From: Octopus sinensis
Lineage: Eukaryota
Assembly (NCBI RefSeq): GCF_006345805.1
Contig: NC_043004.1
Coordinates: 68,200,001-68,264,000 of the forward strand
Length of the DNA stretch: 64,000 bases
Direction of reading: 5' to 3'
Part shown: piece by piece, positions 41,530 through 56,083 of the stretch
How positions within the stretch are numbered: the first letter of the stretch is position 1
Layout of the letters: every line of letters starts with the position of its first letter
The notes under the pieces: model-generated
Databases searched by the model: none
What the model saw: the letters and a program-made list of their open reading frames with translations, nothing else
What the model was told of the DNA's origin: nothing
Translations under genes and position numbers: made by a program

Positions 41530-43390
41530 GGGCACCCTGCCTTTTCCTTTCCTTTTCGTTTCCTTTCCTCGTTCCAACTACAGGCGTATGCTCAGGGTAA
41601 GCCCGTACATTCATACTGTTGGTTTCGCACACGTCCATGCTGTCGGAACAAGAGAAGAAAAGATAGGGAAAAAGTTACCTAGTTTTGTTTGGGAGGCGAA
41701 GACTCCGTCCCTCTCGTTGGCTTGGGGAGTTTCCAGCAGCAAATCACCAGGAATTTTCTTGGTGATATTCTGGCGAAAATCTCCGATTTCCTGTTGGAAA
41801 TGGGTTTTTCAGTTTGTGTATATGTTTTGCGTTGTTTAAATGATCTACACGTGTCCTTGTAGGGAGAATGTGTGAGTGACAAACTCTTTTGGTGTAATGT
41901 TTTTTTGTGTGTGTGTGTTATATATTTCAATAATTCATCGCTGTTTGAATTTATTGCTATGTTGTTCGTAATGTTACTGTCTTTATTTTCTACTTGTTAT
42001 TGTTGTTGATGTTGTGGTTGTTGTTATTGTGGTGATGGTGGTGGTAGTGGTAGTGGTGGTGAGGGTAGTGATGGTTGTGATTGTTGTTGTTGTTGTTGTG
42101 TGTGTGGAATGGCTTGCGTTTCAGGTATTATAGGTGGTGGTGTCGATGCAGTGTTTGTTTTTGGCCGTGCTTGTTGTTTTGACATTTTTCCTTTCCACTT
42201 CTTGTACGGATGAGGATTGTTGTTGTTGCTGTTGTTTGTCCATAGGTTTACGTTTTTTGGGGGTTTCTGTTTGTGACTGCTATGTCTTCATCGCGGTCCG
42301 TCTCCCCAGCTATGATGTCCATCCGCTCTGCATCGCGAAGTAGAACATTACGGTTAGAGAAGTGTTTGCGTGAACTCGGTGTCGGTATAGTTGTTGGTGT
42401 TGGTGGTGCTGTGGCTGAATCTGCTGATGTTGACGGTACTGCTGATGGTGTCCCTGGAATTTTGGTGGCCGTTGTCGGTGTAGAAAGGAAAGGTGCCCAT
42501 CTGTTTTTTTCGTTTAGCTTGGGCAGTCGATTTTTAAATGCTTAGCACTTTGATTTTCTTCCATCAACTCTGACAGGAATTATGCTGGCTCCAGGAAAAA
42601 GGATCTGGTCTAGAATGAGATCCACATTCTTTTGTGTTGTTTGTATTGGGAGTTCCACGGTCATCCCAGACCAGTTTTCCTTTTTGGTTTGATAGGCTTC
42701 GAGGACTTTCGAGTTTTCCTCAATGCCTATTATCCCTGATGTAATTAGCCAAGGAATGGCTATTTCTGGCGGCACCTGATGGATTATAATTTTGTCAGTC
42801 TCTGACTGCAGTAGTAAGGTAACTAGCAACAACTGCTGGCTCTTGGGGGGATTCAGAGTGTGATGTTTGTCTTCTTCCTCGGTGCGGAATCGGACGTCCA
42901 CCATTCCATAGGGGTTTCCTCTCTATATATATATTCCTTTAGACGGAGCCTAAAGCTTGTTGTATCTGAGCCTCTGTGGATCTTTCCACGCTCCTTGATT
43001 TTAACCAGATTGTATGGTACGTCACTGTGCGACTTATCGTAGCTTGGATTGTCTCAGGTGTAGTATTCAACTTAACAGCTAGTCCATCTCTCTGTCGTCT
43101 AGCTGTCTGGATTATTTCAGTTCTTCTGAGAATTCTATTTTCTGGAGACATGATTGATTTACTCCAGCGAATGAAAGCTTTGAAAGCTGTCCCAAGCCGT
43201 TGTAGCAGTTTGCGTTTTAGCTCTTTCATTGTCTTCGTCACTGTTATTGTTGCTTTTGATGCTGCCGCTGTTGGTTTTGTTGTTGCTGTCGTCACATTTG
43301 TTACTATTGTTGTTGTGGTTGTTGATTGTGCTGTTATTGTTCTTGCTGCTGTTGCTGTTATTTGCAGCCATCTCATCCACTGTCTCGCTC
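41530..43390 (-). mobile_element. Decayed retroelement with a gag-like ORF1 relic (frameshifted); no RT seen
   Basis: ORFs 42939..43376 and 42542..42904 join into one protein-like sequence (ISRTVTYHTIWLKSR..IQQALG / VDVRFRTEE..IHQVPPEIAIPWL..IIPVRVDGRKSKC). It ends at the start of a zinc-knuckle-like motif and is followed by a P/T-rich tail. Resembles LINE ORF1 proteins of octopus from recall only. Confidence 0.55.
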
Positions 43391-43414
43391 ACGGAAGGGC
43401 CTTCACCGCTTACA

Positions 43415-44485
43415 CTCTCGAATACCGGACAGTGGCTCTCATAGCTTCTGATCTTAACTAACTGGTAGTGTTATCATGTACATTGATTTGTCTTGGTATA
43501 AAAGATAGTCTACAGTAAATATTCTGCTCAATACCACAGATTTCCTTGTCAATTGTTTGACCTTAAACAGTTGTCCCTTAGTGGCTGATGATATGTGTAT
43601 CCCTGATGTGTTGAGAGGAATTCTTGGAGTTTTGGATTATTCACCTTTGGAAACATGGGTGGTCCGTTCAACATCCTTAAACAACACTTATTCAGGGACT
43701 TTTTGAGCAGGATGGGCTACTCGACCTGAAGAAAATTCTAACGGGGCCCCACCTGCAAGGTCATGGACTGCTTATCTTGATATGATGTCACCATGTCGTG
43801 CAAGTATTGTTGTGATGCATGTGCCTGATGTACCCTTATCAGACGGGCAGTCATGATAGATATACTGGGCTTAGTATAATTTACCCGTGTCACTTTGATG
43901 GCATGCACCCACTCTCACTCAATAACAACAACAACAACAATGGTGATGATGATGATGATGGTAATAAAATGACCTGATGCAATATTAGTCACTGGCTCTC
44001 TTGGCATCTTATCTTAACTGATTGAAAGTATTGTCATGGATGTGTCTTGGTATAATAGATGGGCTACAGCAAATATTATGATTGTTAGTTGTTTCATCTT
44101 AACCAACTGAGTATGTTGTTTGGTGACTGACGAGATGTATATCTCTGATCACGTGCAGGAGTACTGGGGGAGCATCATAGCCATGTATTGAGAGAAATTA
44201 TTTGGAGTTTGAATAATTCGCCTCTGGAAACATGGGTGTTTCGTTCAACATACTTAAAGCAACCTTATTCAGGGTCCTTTTGAACGGGATGGGTTACTCG
44301 ACCGGAAGAAAATCCCAGCTGCGCCACACCTGTAAGGTTATGTGCTGTTTATCTTGATATGAGATCTCCATGTCGCACACATGCTTGTGATGTATGTGCC
44401 CTATGTACGCTCATCAGACGGGTAGTCATGGTGGGTATATTGGGCTTCGTATATTTTACCCCAGTGCCACGTTGTCACTGCTCTT
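43415..44485. mobile_element. Family D dimer (43415-43920 and 43967-44485), opposite orientation to the 7-8 kb dimer, with an AAC/GAT spacer
   Basis: Reverse-complement homology to 7134-7692 throughout. Confidence 0.85.
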
Positions 44486-44494
44486 GTACTTGCA

Positions 44495-44935
44495 GATTTT
44501 GACGAAAAGGCAACAATTTTGGGTGAAGGGTTAAGCTAATTACATCGACCCCAATGTTCAACTCGGGTACTTATTCTATTGACTTCGAAACATGAAAGCG
44601 AAGTCGGCCTCGAGGGAATTTGAACTCACAACGTAGTAGCAGATGAAATACAGATAAGCATTTCAAATGGTGTGCTAACGATTCTGCCAGCTCACCTTAA
44701 TAGTAATAATAATAATAATCATTTCTGTTATAGGCACAATGCCTGAGATTTGTGAAGAGTGGGATAGTCAATCACATCGACCCAGTACTCAACTGGTATT
44801 GGATTTATCGACGCTTGAAGGGAGGAAAGGCAAAATCGACATCGGAGGTATTTGAACTCAGAAAGTAAAGACCGACGAAATGCCGCTAAGCATTTTGTGC
44901 AGCGTGCTAACGTTTCTGCCAGTACACCGCCTTAA
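44495..44935 (-). mobile_element. Two adjacent family A SINEs, each head followed by AAT repeats
   Basis: Family A body and head motifs. Confidence 0.8.
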
Positions 44936-45000
44936 TACTACTAATAATAATCATATCAATAACAATATTGATGATGATGATGATGCTGATGATGATGATG

Positions 45001-45062
<62 letters not shown>

Positions 45063-45425
45063 AATAATAATAATAACAAATAATAATAATAATAATAATA
45101 ATGATAATAATAATAATAATAACAATAATAGTAATGATAATGATAATAATAATGCAGACGGTCACACATATTTATCAAACACGCATCGTCGTAAAGTGTA
45201 ATCACTAAGTGAACGTAGAATCGAAATCTACAAAGATCCTTACATCTGTGTTTGAAATTCTAATCTAAAAACCATTAGGGTGAATTCCTCTTAACACCGT
45301 CAGTTTGTTCTAAGCATACATACATACATATATACAAGCATACAAGCATACAAGAATACATACATACATATATACATACATACATACATACATAAATGCA
45401 TACATACTATATATATACGCATATG

Positions 45426-45476
<51 letters not shown>

Positions 45477-45652
45477 CGTATATGTATATATATATATGTA
45501 TATATATGTGTAGGTATATACATATATGTATTCATATGTATACGTACACGCATATATATATATATATATATACGTGCATATACATATATTGTATATATAT
45601 ACATACATATATATATATACACATATATACATATATATATATACATACATAC

Positions 45653-45724
<72 letters not shown>

Positions 45725-46119
45725 GTGCATTGCTGTTTGTTTAGTTCTAGTCATTAGTCAGCATTTCATTCGCTAGAGATTTGTTTTAAGGTCATCTTTA
45801 AAATCACATCGTAACTAGATTCTTCTTTATGGATGGCTACCGCTTGTCTTTGATGTTCTTTGAATTCGTTCCGACATTTCGGCTACGATATGACACGCTT
45901 GTTAATATTTGATGGCAATCTGGTTTAAAGCATTTCGGGTTAAATCTAAGATCACCTCTATTAATATTACCGCTTTACTACGTCATTTTTGCTTTTAAAG
46001 CCGTTCACTTTAAATGCTGCAAAGTAATTTTATTTGTCCCTCTTACACTGTCTCTCAATTTCGTATTCTCTTTCAATCTAATATAAAAATGTGTATATCT
46101 TCGTCTGAGGGATTGTACT

Positions 46120-46240
<121 letters not shown>

Positions 46241-46262
46241 TGTGTGTGTGTTTGTCTGTATG

Positions 46263-46293
<31 letters not shown>

Positions 46294-46630
46294 GTACGCA
46301 TGTACTTAAATCTGTTTTTAGCACCATATTTTCATTCGTTCATTTTCCTACCCCACTGTGTGCACATAGACATACGTACCTGTTTGTCTGCGTGTGTGCT
46401 TGTATGTGTATGTATCTATGCTATAAAGAGGGAGGGAGAGGAAAAATAAAATTGTATATATGTATGTATTCACACATACACACACACATATACATATATA
46501 CATACATACATACGAGCATATATATATATTATATATATATACATATATATATACATATATATTCATATATACATATATACATATATACATATATATAATA
46601 TATATATATATATATATAATATATATATAT

Positions 46631-46820
46631 AGGGAGAATTCGCGAAAAATACTAGAGACGAAGACAGGTGGTGTAGAAAACAAACAGATTTATTAATATG
46701 ACGCTCGGGAATTGAAAATGTATTTTACGTTTCGAGCCTATGCTCTTCCACAGAAAGGAACACAGAAAGAAACAAGGAGAGAAAAAAATGTGTGTAGTGC
46801 TACCGATCTATCATGGCGAT
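46631..46820 (-). mobile_element. Family E short element (~190 bp) with hammerhead-like motif, 3' end abutting (TA)n
   Basis: Homologous to 56698-56880 and 62007-62203; motif CUGUGGA-A-GAGC(AUAG)GCUC-GAAA-CG-UA at 46753-46726. Confidence 0.75.
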
Positions 46821-49139
46821 GTATGTATGTATGTACGCATGCATTCCGAAATATTTTTCCGTTATTAGTACTTTTTGTTGAGAGCTTCGTCTTTGTGTAC
46901 GCTTGCAAGAAGACGAGTGAAGCAAATTTCTGATTCTTGCGTTTCTTTTCCTACGATTTTCAGTAAAAATCCGTTTACCGCAGATATTCTCGCGTACAAT
47001 TATACTATATTATAGTAATGGCAAGTTTCCCCATCTAAGTGCATTTGTGATCGACTTCACTCATTAATTTCTTTTTTTTTTTTTGAAAAAGAGCAAAAAG
47101 CTTGACGCAGTACCACGTAGTTGAGTCATGTGATTTAGATATACAGAGGAAAGAAATGGCTTTAAACAGTATGAAATGTTCTGTAATATCTGTATATAGA
47201 CAGACCTTCTCAGAAAGAAATGTTAAATATATACGGCCTCTGCGCCGACTTACTTTTTTTTTAATATTCCCCGTCTCTTTTTCTCTTTCGATTTCTCCCT
47301 CACTCGCTCTCTTACTCCGTCCTTCTCTCTCTCTCTTTCTCTATCTATCTATCTCTGTCTCTTTCTGATTTGAAGTGAAAACATATTTTCCTCACACACT
47401 TCTCAGTCTACTGAAAATTTTAAATATAATTAATGCTAACAGTTCTGATGGTACACAAAATATTGAAATAGCCTTTCTACAAGTAAAAAGATTGTTGAAC
47501 CATTTCTAAAAACTATTTTTGAATATTTATTATTCAAGTGCATGAAATAATTCAGACAAAAACCTCACACGAGATTTTCTGTCATATAATTTAAATACTA
47601 TTAATTAATACAAATGTACATGATTAGCAAATCAACTCAGAACTAGATATAGTGACAAAACTGAACTCGAGGCAGTTCACATTTGCATACTACTTTTTCA
47701 AAAATTGTCAACCCAATTTTCAACTGAAAAAATTCATTCAACTTTATTTACGAAGCCAAAAAATAGTAATACGAAGCCAAAAAAAATAGTAATACGAAGA
47801 TAATAAATAGTAACACTCAAAGAAAAATTACTTTGGCTACTGTGAAAGAGAACTAGAACAGTAACAAAATGGCGAATATATATATATTCCAAAAAACAAA
47901 TTGAATATGACTTTTAAAATAAGACATTAAATTCTATTACACTTCAATGAGTATAAGGTTCCGTATATTAGTGGATAGTGTGACAGGCTCACGGTCGTAA
48001 GAACGTGAGTTCGATTCCTAGGCAAGGAAGCATCAATCTATTCGGCTAATATATGTACCAGCCGGGATATAGTATAACCTTGTTTTGCCGTATATGTCAT
48101 CTTCGGCTGTACCATTTATCGAAATAATATCTATATCCGATCGTGAATATGCAAAAACCTACAGCAATGAGTGAGGTCGTCGTACATACTATCAAATCAT
48201 GCTCGCTTGCAATTACTGGTTGGGGTTTCGCTTCCTTGTCTGTATGACATAAATTATTAATAATATTTAATTACAGCAAACTATTCAAAACCATAAAGGT
48301 ATTAAAATCAATACGATTTACATCGACGGCTACTGTGGATTTCTATTACATTTTATGCATTAAACCAGTGTCGAGAACCGCATTTCATGTCGGCATGGAT
48401 TCCAGTGACACTGATGAAATTAGAGAATCTAAATGTGTAAAAATATTAACTTTATTGCGTAATAAAGTTCTGAAATATTCGGATGGATAGGGATTCCCGG
48501 TTATAAAATATATTCACCGCCAAACAACGAAGAAAATAAACAACGAAAAACGCGTTTAAACAAAGACGAACTTAAAATTACCCCTTTAATAATATCTTAG
48601 TTGCAAATGTTGCAGATTAAATCTAAAACAAAACTCGCGACAAATCTCCTACTGCTACCACTACTACTACGACCCCCTATTACCTGCACAAACTGTTAAC
48701 TCATCACAGGAATATTATAAGCTAATCATTAACAAAATATTTCGTGCTGAATAACACACTTATCAGTCAACAAGCATTCTTCATTGATTCTTGGATATGC
48801 ATATGTATACACACACACACATACACACATGCATGCACGCATATATATATGTGTGTGTGTATGTTTGTGTGCGTGAGAGTGTGTGCGTGTGTGTGTATGT
48901 GTGTGTGTGTGTGTTTGTTGGTAAAATATTTTAACTCTAATTTAAAGATAAAGTTAAATATTTTGGTAAGAAGATTGCTTCTGATGAAGAGCCAGTCCCA
49001 CTGCCTGTCACCGGGGGCAAACAAATTTCTACTATATCCCCCGAGCCTGCCAAAGCTTTCCGTTTGGATTTGGCAGACAAACTGAAGGATAAAAGAAAGA
49101 GAGATAGAGAGAAAGAGAAACATAGACACATAGATAGTT

Positions 49140-49752
<613 letters not shown>

Positions 49753-50527
49753 GTGATCGGAGAGTTGTGTATTCTCCTCTTCTGCTTGACAATGGAAGTT
49801 GGTTTGTTTAGATCTCTTATAAAAGATCCAAAAACCTGACAGAAAACGTACCAAAAAATAAGCACTTGGCCGATTCCTTCGATTAACAGAACATCATGTT
49901 ATTCTCCCACGGTAGTTAGAGTCGAAAAAGTGAAATAAAGGAAGAACATAATATTCAACGTGAATTTACCAAGCGAGTGTAGATGAAAAGCTAACATGAT
50001 GCCAACTCTCATCAACATTAACTTTTAAGAGTACCAAATTATATAGCATACTGCACCTAAGTTTGCCCACATTTTGACTTCAACGCTCAGATTCTTAAGA
50101 CCTCAAGAAGCAATAGTAGCACTGGTCTTCAGTCTAGAGTATACCAGCTATTCTTTACATTCCAACCGATGATGATAGAACAGTATAACTTAGCAAGGCA
50201 CTATTCAGAATAACACACCCAATGTACATATGTGTATACATGTGTAGTGGCGTCATTTGAAGGCTAAAACAATGCGAAGCGCATTGTGACCAGCGATGTG
50301 ATACAACATCTGATAGCCTGATCGGTCACATGATGACCTAATATATATTTACATATAAATATATTTATGCATACACATACACAAGCACACACGGGCTCAC
50401 ACTCACACACATTCACGAATATATATATATGGATATATATATCTATATATATATATGATATATATATTATATATATATATATATATATATTATTATATAT
50501 ATATATGTATATATGTATATATATATG

Positions 50528-50561
<34 letters not shown>

Positions 50562-50608
50562 ATATATCTTATATATATAATATATATATATATATACTAT
50601 ATATATAC

Positions 50609-50639
<31 letters not shown>

Positions 50640-50640
50640 A

Positions 50641-51600
50641 AGTACAAAGTGAGATAGGGTTTATGAGTGTAACCCACTATGGGATATCAGTTATCCAATA
50701 TACTGCCAGTGAAATACTCAAAGGGGTAATACATAAAAGCTTACAATTGCAATGCAATTAGTTCATTTATTGTATTATATGGGCGAAGGTAAAATGTTTT
50801 ACCTCAAAATCATAATACAAATAAGAAAATGGAGGAATAGATTCCTTTCAATCATCAACTTACACATAATACCAATTCATATAATTTACTAACTAATTCA
50901 TTAAATAGGAACATCCAAGTCCAACAGAATAAAACAGAATAAAACAATATACATCAATAAGTAAGATAATACCATAAAAATATTACATATATAATGGATC
51001 TTACAGCTGTTTCAGCCTGTAGATAAAGGTATCTCATTGTGCCTATATTAGTCAGATGTATTCAGGTAATATGCAGTTAAAAATTAGTTACTTATATATA
51101 TACATCTCAAGGCCTCGTCAGAGATTATAAAGTACTATTATGAAAATATAAAATGCAAATATAAATATGAAACAAAATACACATACACAAGAATATATAC
51201 AAGAATATATATATATATATAATAATATACATACACATAAGGTTACAGATGGTCAAATATATATACTGGAGTATGCATATATATCCACATCAAAGGGTAC
51301 ATATACAAAGTCCAAAGTTCATTGTATTACATTACCAAAACTATTAATATTATTATTATTATTAATAATACCAATAATGGAGTATGTGCATTCTGCTATT
51401 CACAATACATAGTAGATGGAAAATACCACAAAAATATAGTATAATATAATATAGTGTAATATATTATAATATAGTATATTGTATATTACATATATAATAT
51501 AGTATAACATAATATATAGACAGATGCCTATGGAAGATGCAAGTACATTAATTAAACAAATATTGTAACAAATAATGCCGTTATATTCATATATCATACA
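50641..51600 (-). mobile_element. Probable non-autonomous Penelope-like element remnant (boundaries approximate), 3' end at (TA)n
   Basis: Contains a canonical hammerhead; part of it is repeated in inverted orientation at 51815-52016; no ORF. Confidence 0.5.
50998..51125 (-). ncRNA. Putative type I hammerhead ribozyme with canonical core
   Basis: Minus strand: stem I AUCU (51125-51122) / AGAU (51001-50998); core CUGACGA (51121-51115); stem II GGCCU/AGGCU, extendable by AGAU/AUCU and enclosing ~90 nt; GAAA (51013-51010); palindromic helix III ACAGCUGU; GUA cleavage 3' of 51002. Confidence 0.75.
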
Positions 51601-51814
51601 ATCAAAATCGAAACTTTAGTCTAAATCTGCATACATATATATACACACAGGTAACAAATACTTGTATATGCTTATACATACATGCGCAAAAACATGCACT
51701 AATACATATACATATATACAGAGATCGTATCCTTTTACATCATACAAAAGATATATGCATGTACATACATAGAGTTCACAGATCAAGAGGTAAGTGATAG
51801 GTCGTAACGGGCAG

Positions 51815-52016
51815 AGATACCATTATCTACAAGATCCATTTCATATGCAATGTTTTTATGGTATTATCTTACTTATTGATGCATATTGTTTTATTCTGTT
51901 TTATTCTGCTGGATTTGGATGTTCCTATTTAAGTAGTTAATAAATTATATGAAGTGGTATTATCTGTAAGTTGATGATTGAAAGGAATCTGTTCCTCCAT
52001 TTTCTTATTTGTATCA
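51815..52016 (+). repeat. Inverted copy of 50814-51035 lacking the ribozyme 3' half
   Basis: Direct alignment (roughly 85-90% by eye); missing ggctgaaacagctgta; 3' end abuts (TA)n. Confidence 0.85.
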
Positions 52017-52031
52017 TATATATATATATAT

Positions 52032-52084
<53 letters not shown>

Positions 52085-52776
52085 ATGCATATACATATAC
52101 ATATACATATACATATATTTCTGTGTGAGTGTGCGTGTGTGTGTGTGTGCGCGTGTGCATGTGCCCATGTAAACTGATACCAATAATATATTACAAAAGT
52201 ACACCCGGGAAAACCCATTAAATATTAGAACAAACTAAACTTAAAAATACAAAATTTATCTACTTCACGACTCCGACTGTTACCTTGACCTGACAAGTAT
52301 AACATTTACCCGCAAGCTTACCATAAATTTACAGCAGGAAACAATTCAACGCACAACCACAAGCTCTAAAACAAAAGATAGACGGAAATTAACATAAAAT
52401 ACATCTATACGTTATATAAATCTCGATAGAATAATGCTCTTTATTATAGATGCAACATTAATACCATCAACCAAAGGCTACATTCAAAATATATACAGAT
52501 ATCATACATGTTCACCATCTGTTTTAAGACCCTATCGTTTCTCCGGTGAAATTCTAGCCATGAAGTCTACATTAAGATATATTACTCATTATAAACGTAC
52601 AGTTTAGAAGCCAACGTCACTCTACATCATGAAGATAGGGCTGAGACAATCACGAAACATTGGTGAAGTGGAATTTAGAAACCTTGAAATTGTATTGCAA
52701 ACGAACCATAAGTTACTGATAAGGAAGTATACAGGTGCATGAGTATGCATCTATTTCTCTATGCGTTTCAATAAAT

Positions 52777-52834
<58 letters not shown>

Positions 52835-53724
52835 TACATACATACATACATACATACATCTGTAACTATGTATGCATGTACGTATGGATGGATGTATGCA
52901 TTCGCCTTCTTGGTATGTTCTTTGTGCAGATGTTTCCTTCATATGTTTTATGCACTGCACTTCCTTTCCCTTACAAAAGGTTACCGTTTCACTATTTGTG
53001 ACAAACTTTACCTTAAAATATATTGTTACTATTCTTATACATGTTTTATTTCCCAAATGAAACTTCGTTGAGAATGTAAATATTCAAAACAATTCAAAAT
53101 ATCCCTTATATAAAACAAAGCGATCACATAAATATATTATCTTCAACTCTTTTACGAAACGTTTAATACATGACAATAAAAAATACGAAACAACGAAAAT
53201 AAAAATATCCGGAAAGGTATCCATAAATAAAAAGAATTAGCTTTTTCCCTAAAATTAAGGGCGGGGTAACGATGAGAAAAAAAAACAAAACAAAATCGCC
53301 AAAAATCAATTTTCTCTTGAAAATAAAATATAACTTTATGATTATTCTCGTATTCAACCGGCGTATTTTTATATCTCGAATACAATCTCTTCAAGAAGTG
53401 TGTATTTTCTATAACGTTAAAAAATTGTGTATATAGGAGAGATAGAATGAGTGGGGTATGTATTACATAAATTAACTTCGTTGTGAATACAATAAGAAAT
53501 GTATACACAGCAACACACGTACAATCACAACTTTATTCAAGCACACGATTGGACACCATATATAATATATATGGTTGTGAGTATTATATTAAAACATGTA
53601 TATATATATAATATATATATATATCTATATATATATATATATATATGTGTGTATGTGTATGTGTGTGTGTTGTGTGTGTATGTATAGTCAATACATGTTA
53701 TATATATATATATATATATATAGA

Positions 53725-53761
<37 letters not shown>

Positions 53762-54062
53762 CGTGTGTGGTGTGTGTGTGTATATAAACATATATATACA
53801 TATGTGTGTATGTATGTTTTTTCTGTGTTGGTATGTGTGTATTTCTGTCTCTGTGTATAATTGTGGATACAATATGTATTCGTGTATTTTTTACATAATT
53901 AATTATGTATGAATCAACAACATGCTTACATACACGATTATATACCAGTATATGTATATATATGTATGTATTATATATGTATGCATATATATGTTGATAT
54001 ATATATATATATATTTAAATAGATGGGTAGATATACGTATATATGTGTGTATGTATTATATA

Positions 54063-54154
<92 letters not shown>

Positions 54155-54743
54155 TTGTTTCTAATCTCATATATACACATGTATTTATAAATGCTTATTA
54201 TATATATATATACATACGTATAAAGACTCATACACAATGATAGGCTGTGACGTATGTATATATCACACCTTGTCCTGGTGTGCATGAGAGGGTCTCTCTC
54301 TATGCGTGTGTGTGTGTGTGTATGTGTGTATTGTAAGTGTGTGTGTGTGTGATGTATGAGTGTATGTGAGTCTCTGCGGGCGCCTGTGTGAATACGTGCG
54401 CGTGTGAGTATTGAATGCTGCTCACTACAGAACAAAAGCGGAATGACGTAAAATTCCCCGGTGGAGAAAGAAAATAGACGATGGCGCAAAATTGCCTTCC
54501 TGCTAAACTGGTAAATTTTGTTTATTAGCCAACGGGGAAAACGAAATCCCTTTGGCAACACCGAAAGAGTTACGACTTGGAGCTGTTTATAGATTGCATT
54601 GTATAATGGAAAAATGTGGGGACGGAAGTAAGGATAGAGAGGAAAAAGGGTTAGATGTAAAAATAGTGGATTTTGGGAAATGGAAAGAAAGGCAGAGGAA
54701 GTATGAAGTATAGAAATATATACATATATATATATGCGTGTAT

Positions 54744-54790
<47 letters not shown>

Positions 54791-54945
54791 CAATATGTTG
54801 TGCTTGTTGGTGTTATGTGTGTGTTTGTGTGTGTGCGCATGCATACGCACACGTAAATACACACAGATATATACACATTCATGTATAACTAAATATAGAG
54901 ACACAGACCAGAAAAGATTCATGATTAAAGATACTCATATATCTA

Positions 54946-55027
<82 letters not shown>

Positions 55028-55060
55028 TGATGTATGATTTAAGTATGTAAGTTTATATAT

Positions 55061-55097
<37 letters not shown>

Positions 55098-55365
55098 TGG
55101 AGCGAGATATATATACATATATATGTATGCATGTAAAAGTATATATAAATATATATATTTATATACATACACATTTATTTATATATGTGTGTGTGTGTAT
55201 ATGTGCGAGCCTGTGTGCATGTGTATATATGGGAGTGTGTGATTTAATATGCGTTTATATGTTTATATGTGTATACGTGTGCGTGCTTCCTTTACAATAT
55301 ACATATATATATATATATATATATATGTATATGTATATATATGTATATATACACATATAGATATA

Positions 55366-55398
<33 letters not shown>

Positions 55399-55473
55399 GT
55401 ATATATTATTATATATATGTATATAGGGTATATCTATGTATATGTATAAATATACATATATACACACACACAC

Positions 55474-55516
<43 letters not shown>

Positions 55517-55807
55517 CATATATACAAAGAGGCCTGTAGATCAATTCGCAGATATATACAGGTAGTTAGATAAAGAAAAATGTTGACAAGTAGATAGTTA
55601 CCTTCGTAAAAACTAACACGCATAATATATATACACACATACACACGAATACTTCTCATGAATATATGTGTGTGTGTGTGTTTGTGTATGTGTGTATGTA
55701 TGTGTGTGTGTGCGTGTCTATGTACATGCACATACATACATTCACACATATACAGACACACAGATATTTAGATATATCGTAATAAATACATATATGTATA
55801 AAGACTC

Positions 55808-55809
<2 letters not shown>

Positions 55810-55861
<52 letters not shown>

Positions 55862-55862
55862 G

Positions 55863-55919
<57 letters not shown>

Positions 55920-55923
55920 GATG

Positions 55924-55966
<43 letters not shown>

Positions 55967-56000
55967 GATGGATGGATGGATGGATGGATGGATGGATGGG

Positions 56001-56080
<80 letters not shown>
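55810..56080. repeat. (GATA)n/(GATG)n/(GA)n microsatellite
   Basis: Direct inspection. Confidence 0.95.

Positions 56081-56083
<3 letters not shown>

Noticed and set aside
47752-47815. Three copies of a ~22-bp unit (acgaagccaaaaaatagtaat)
   Set aside because: An ordinary local slippage duplication.
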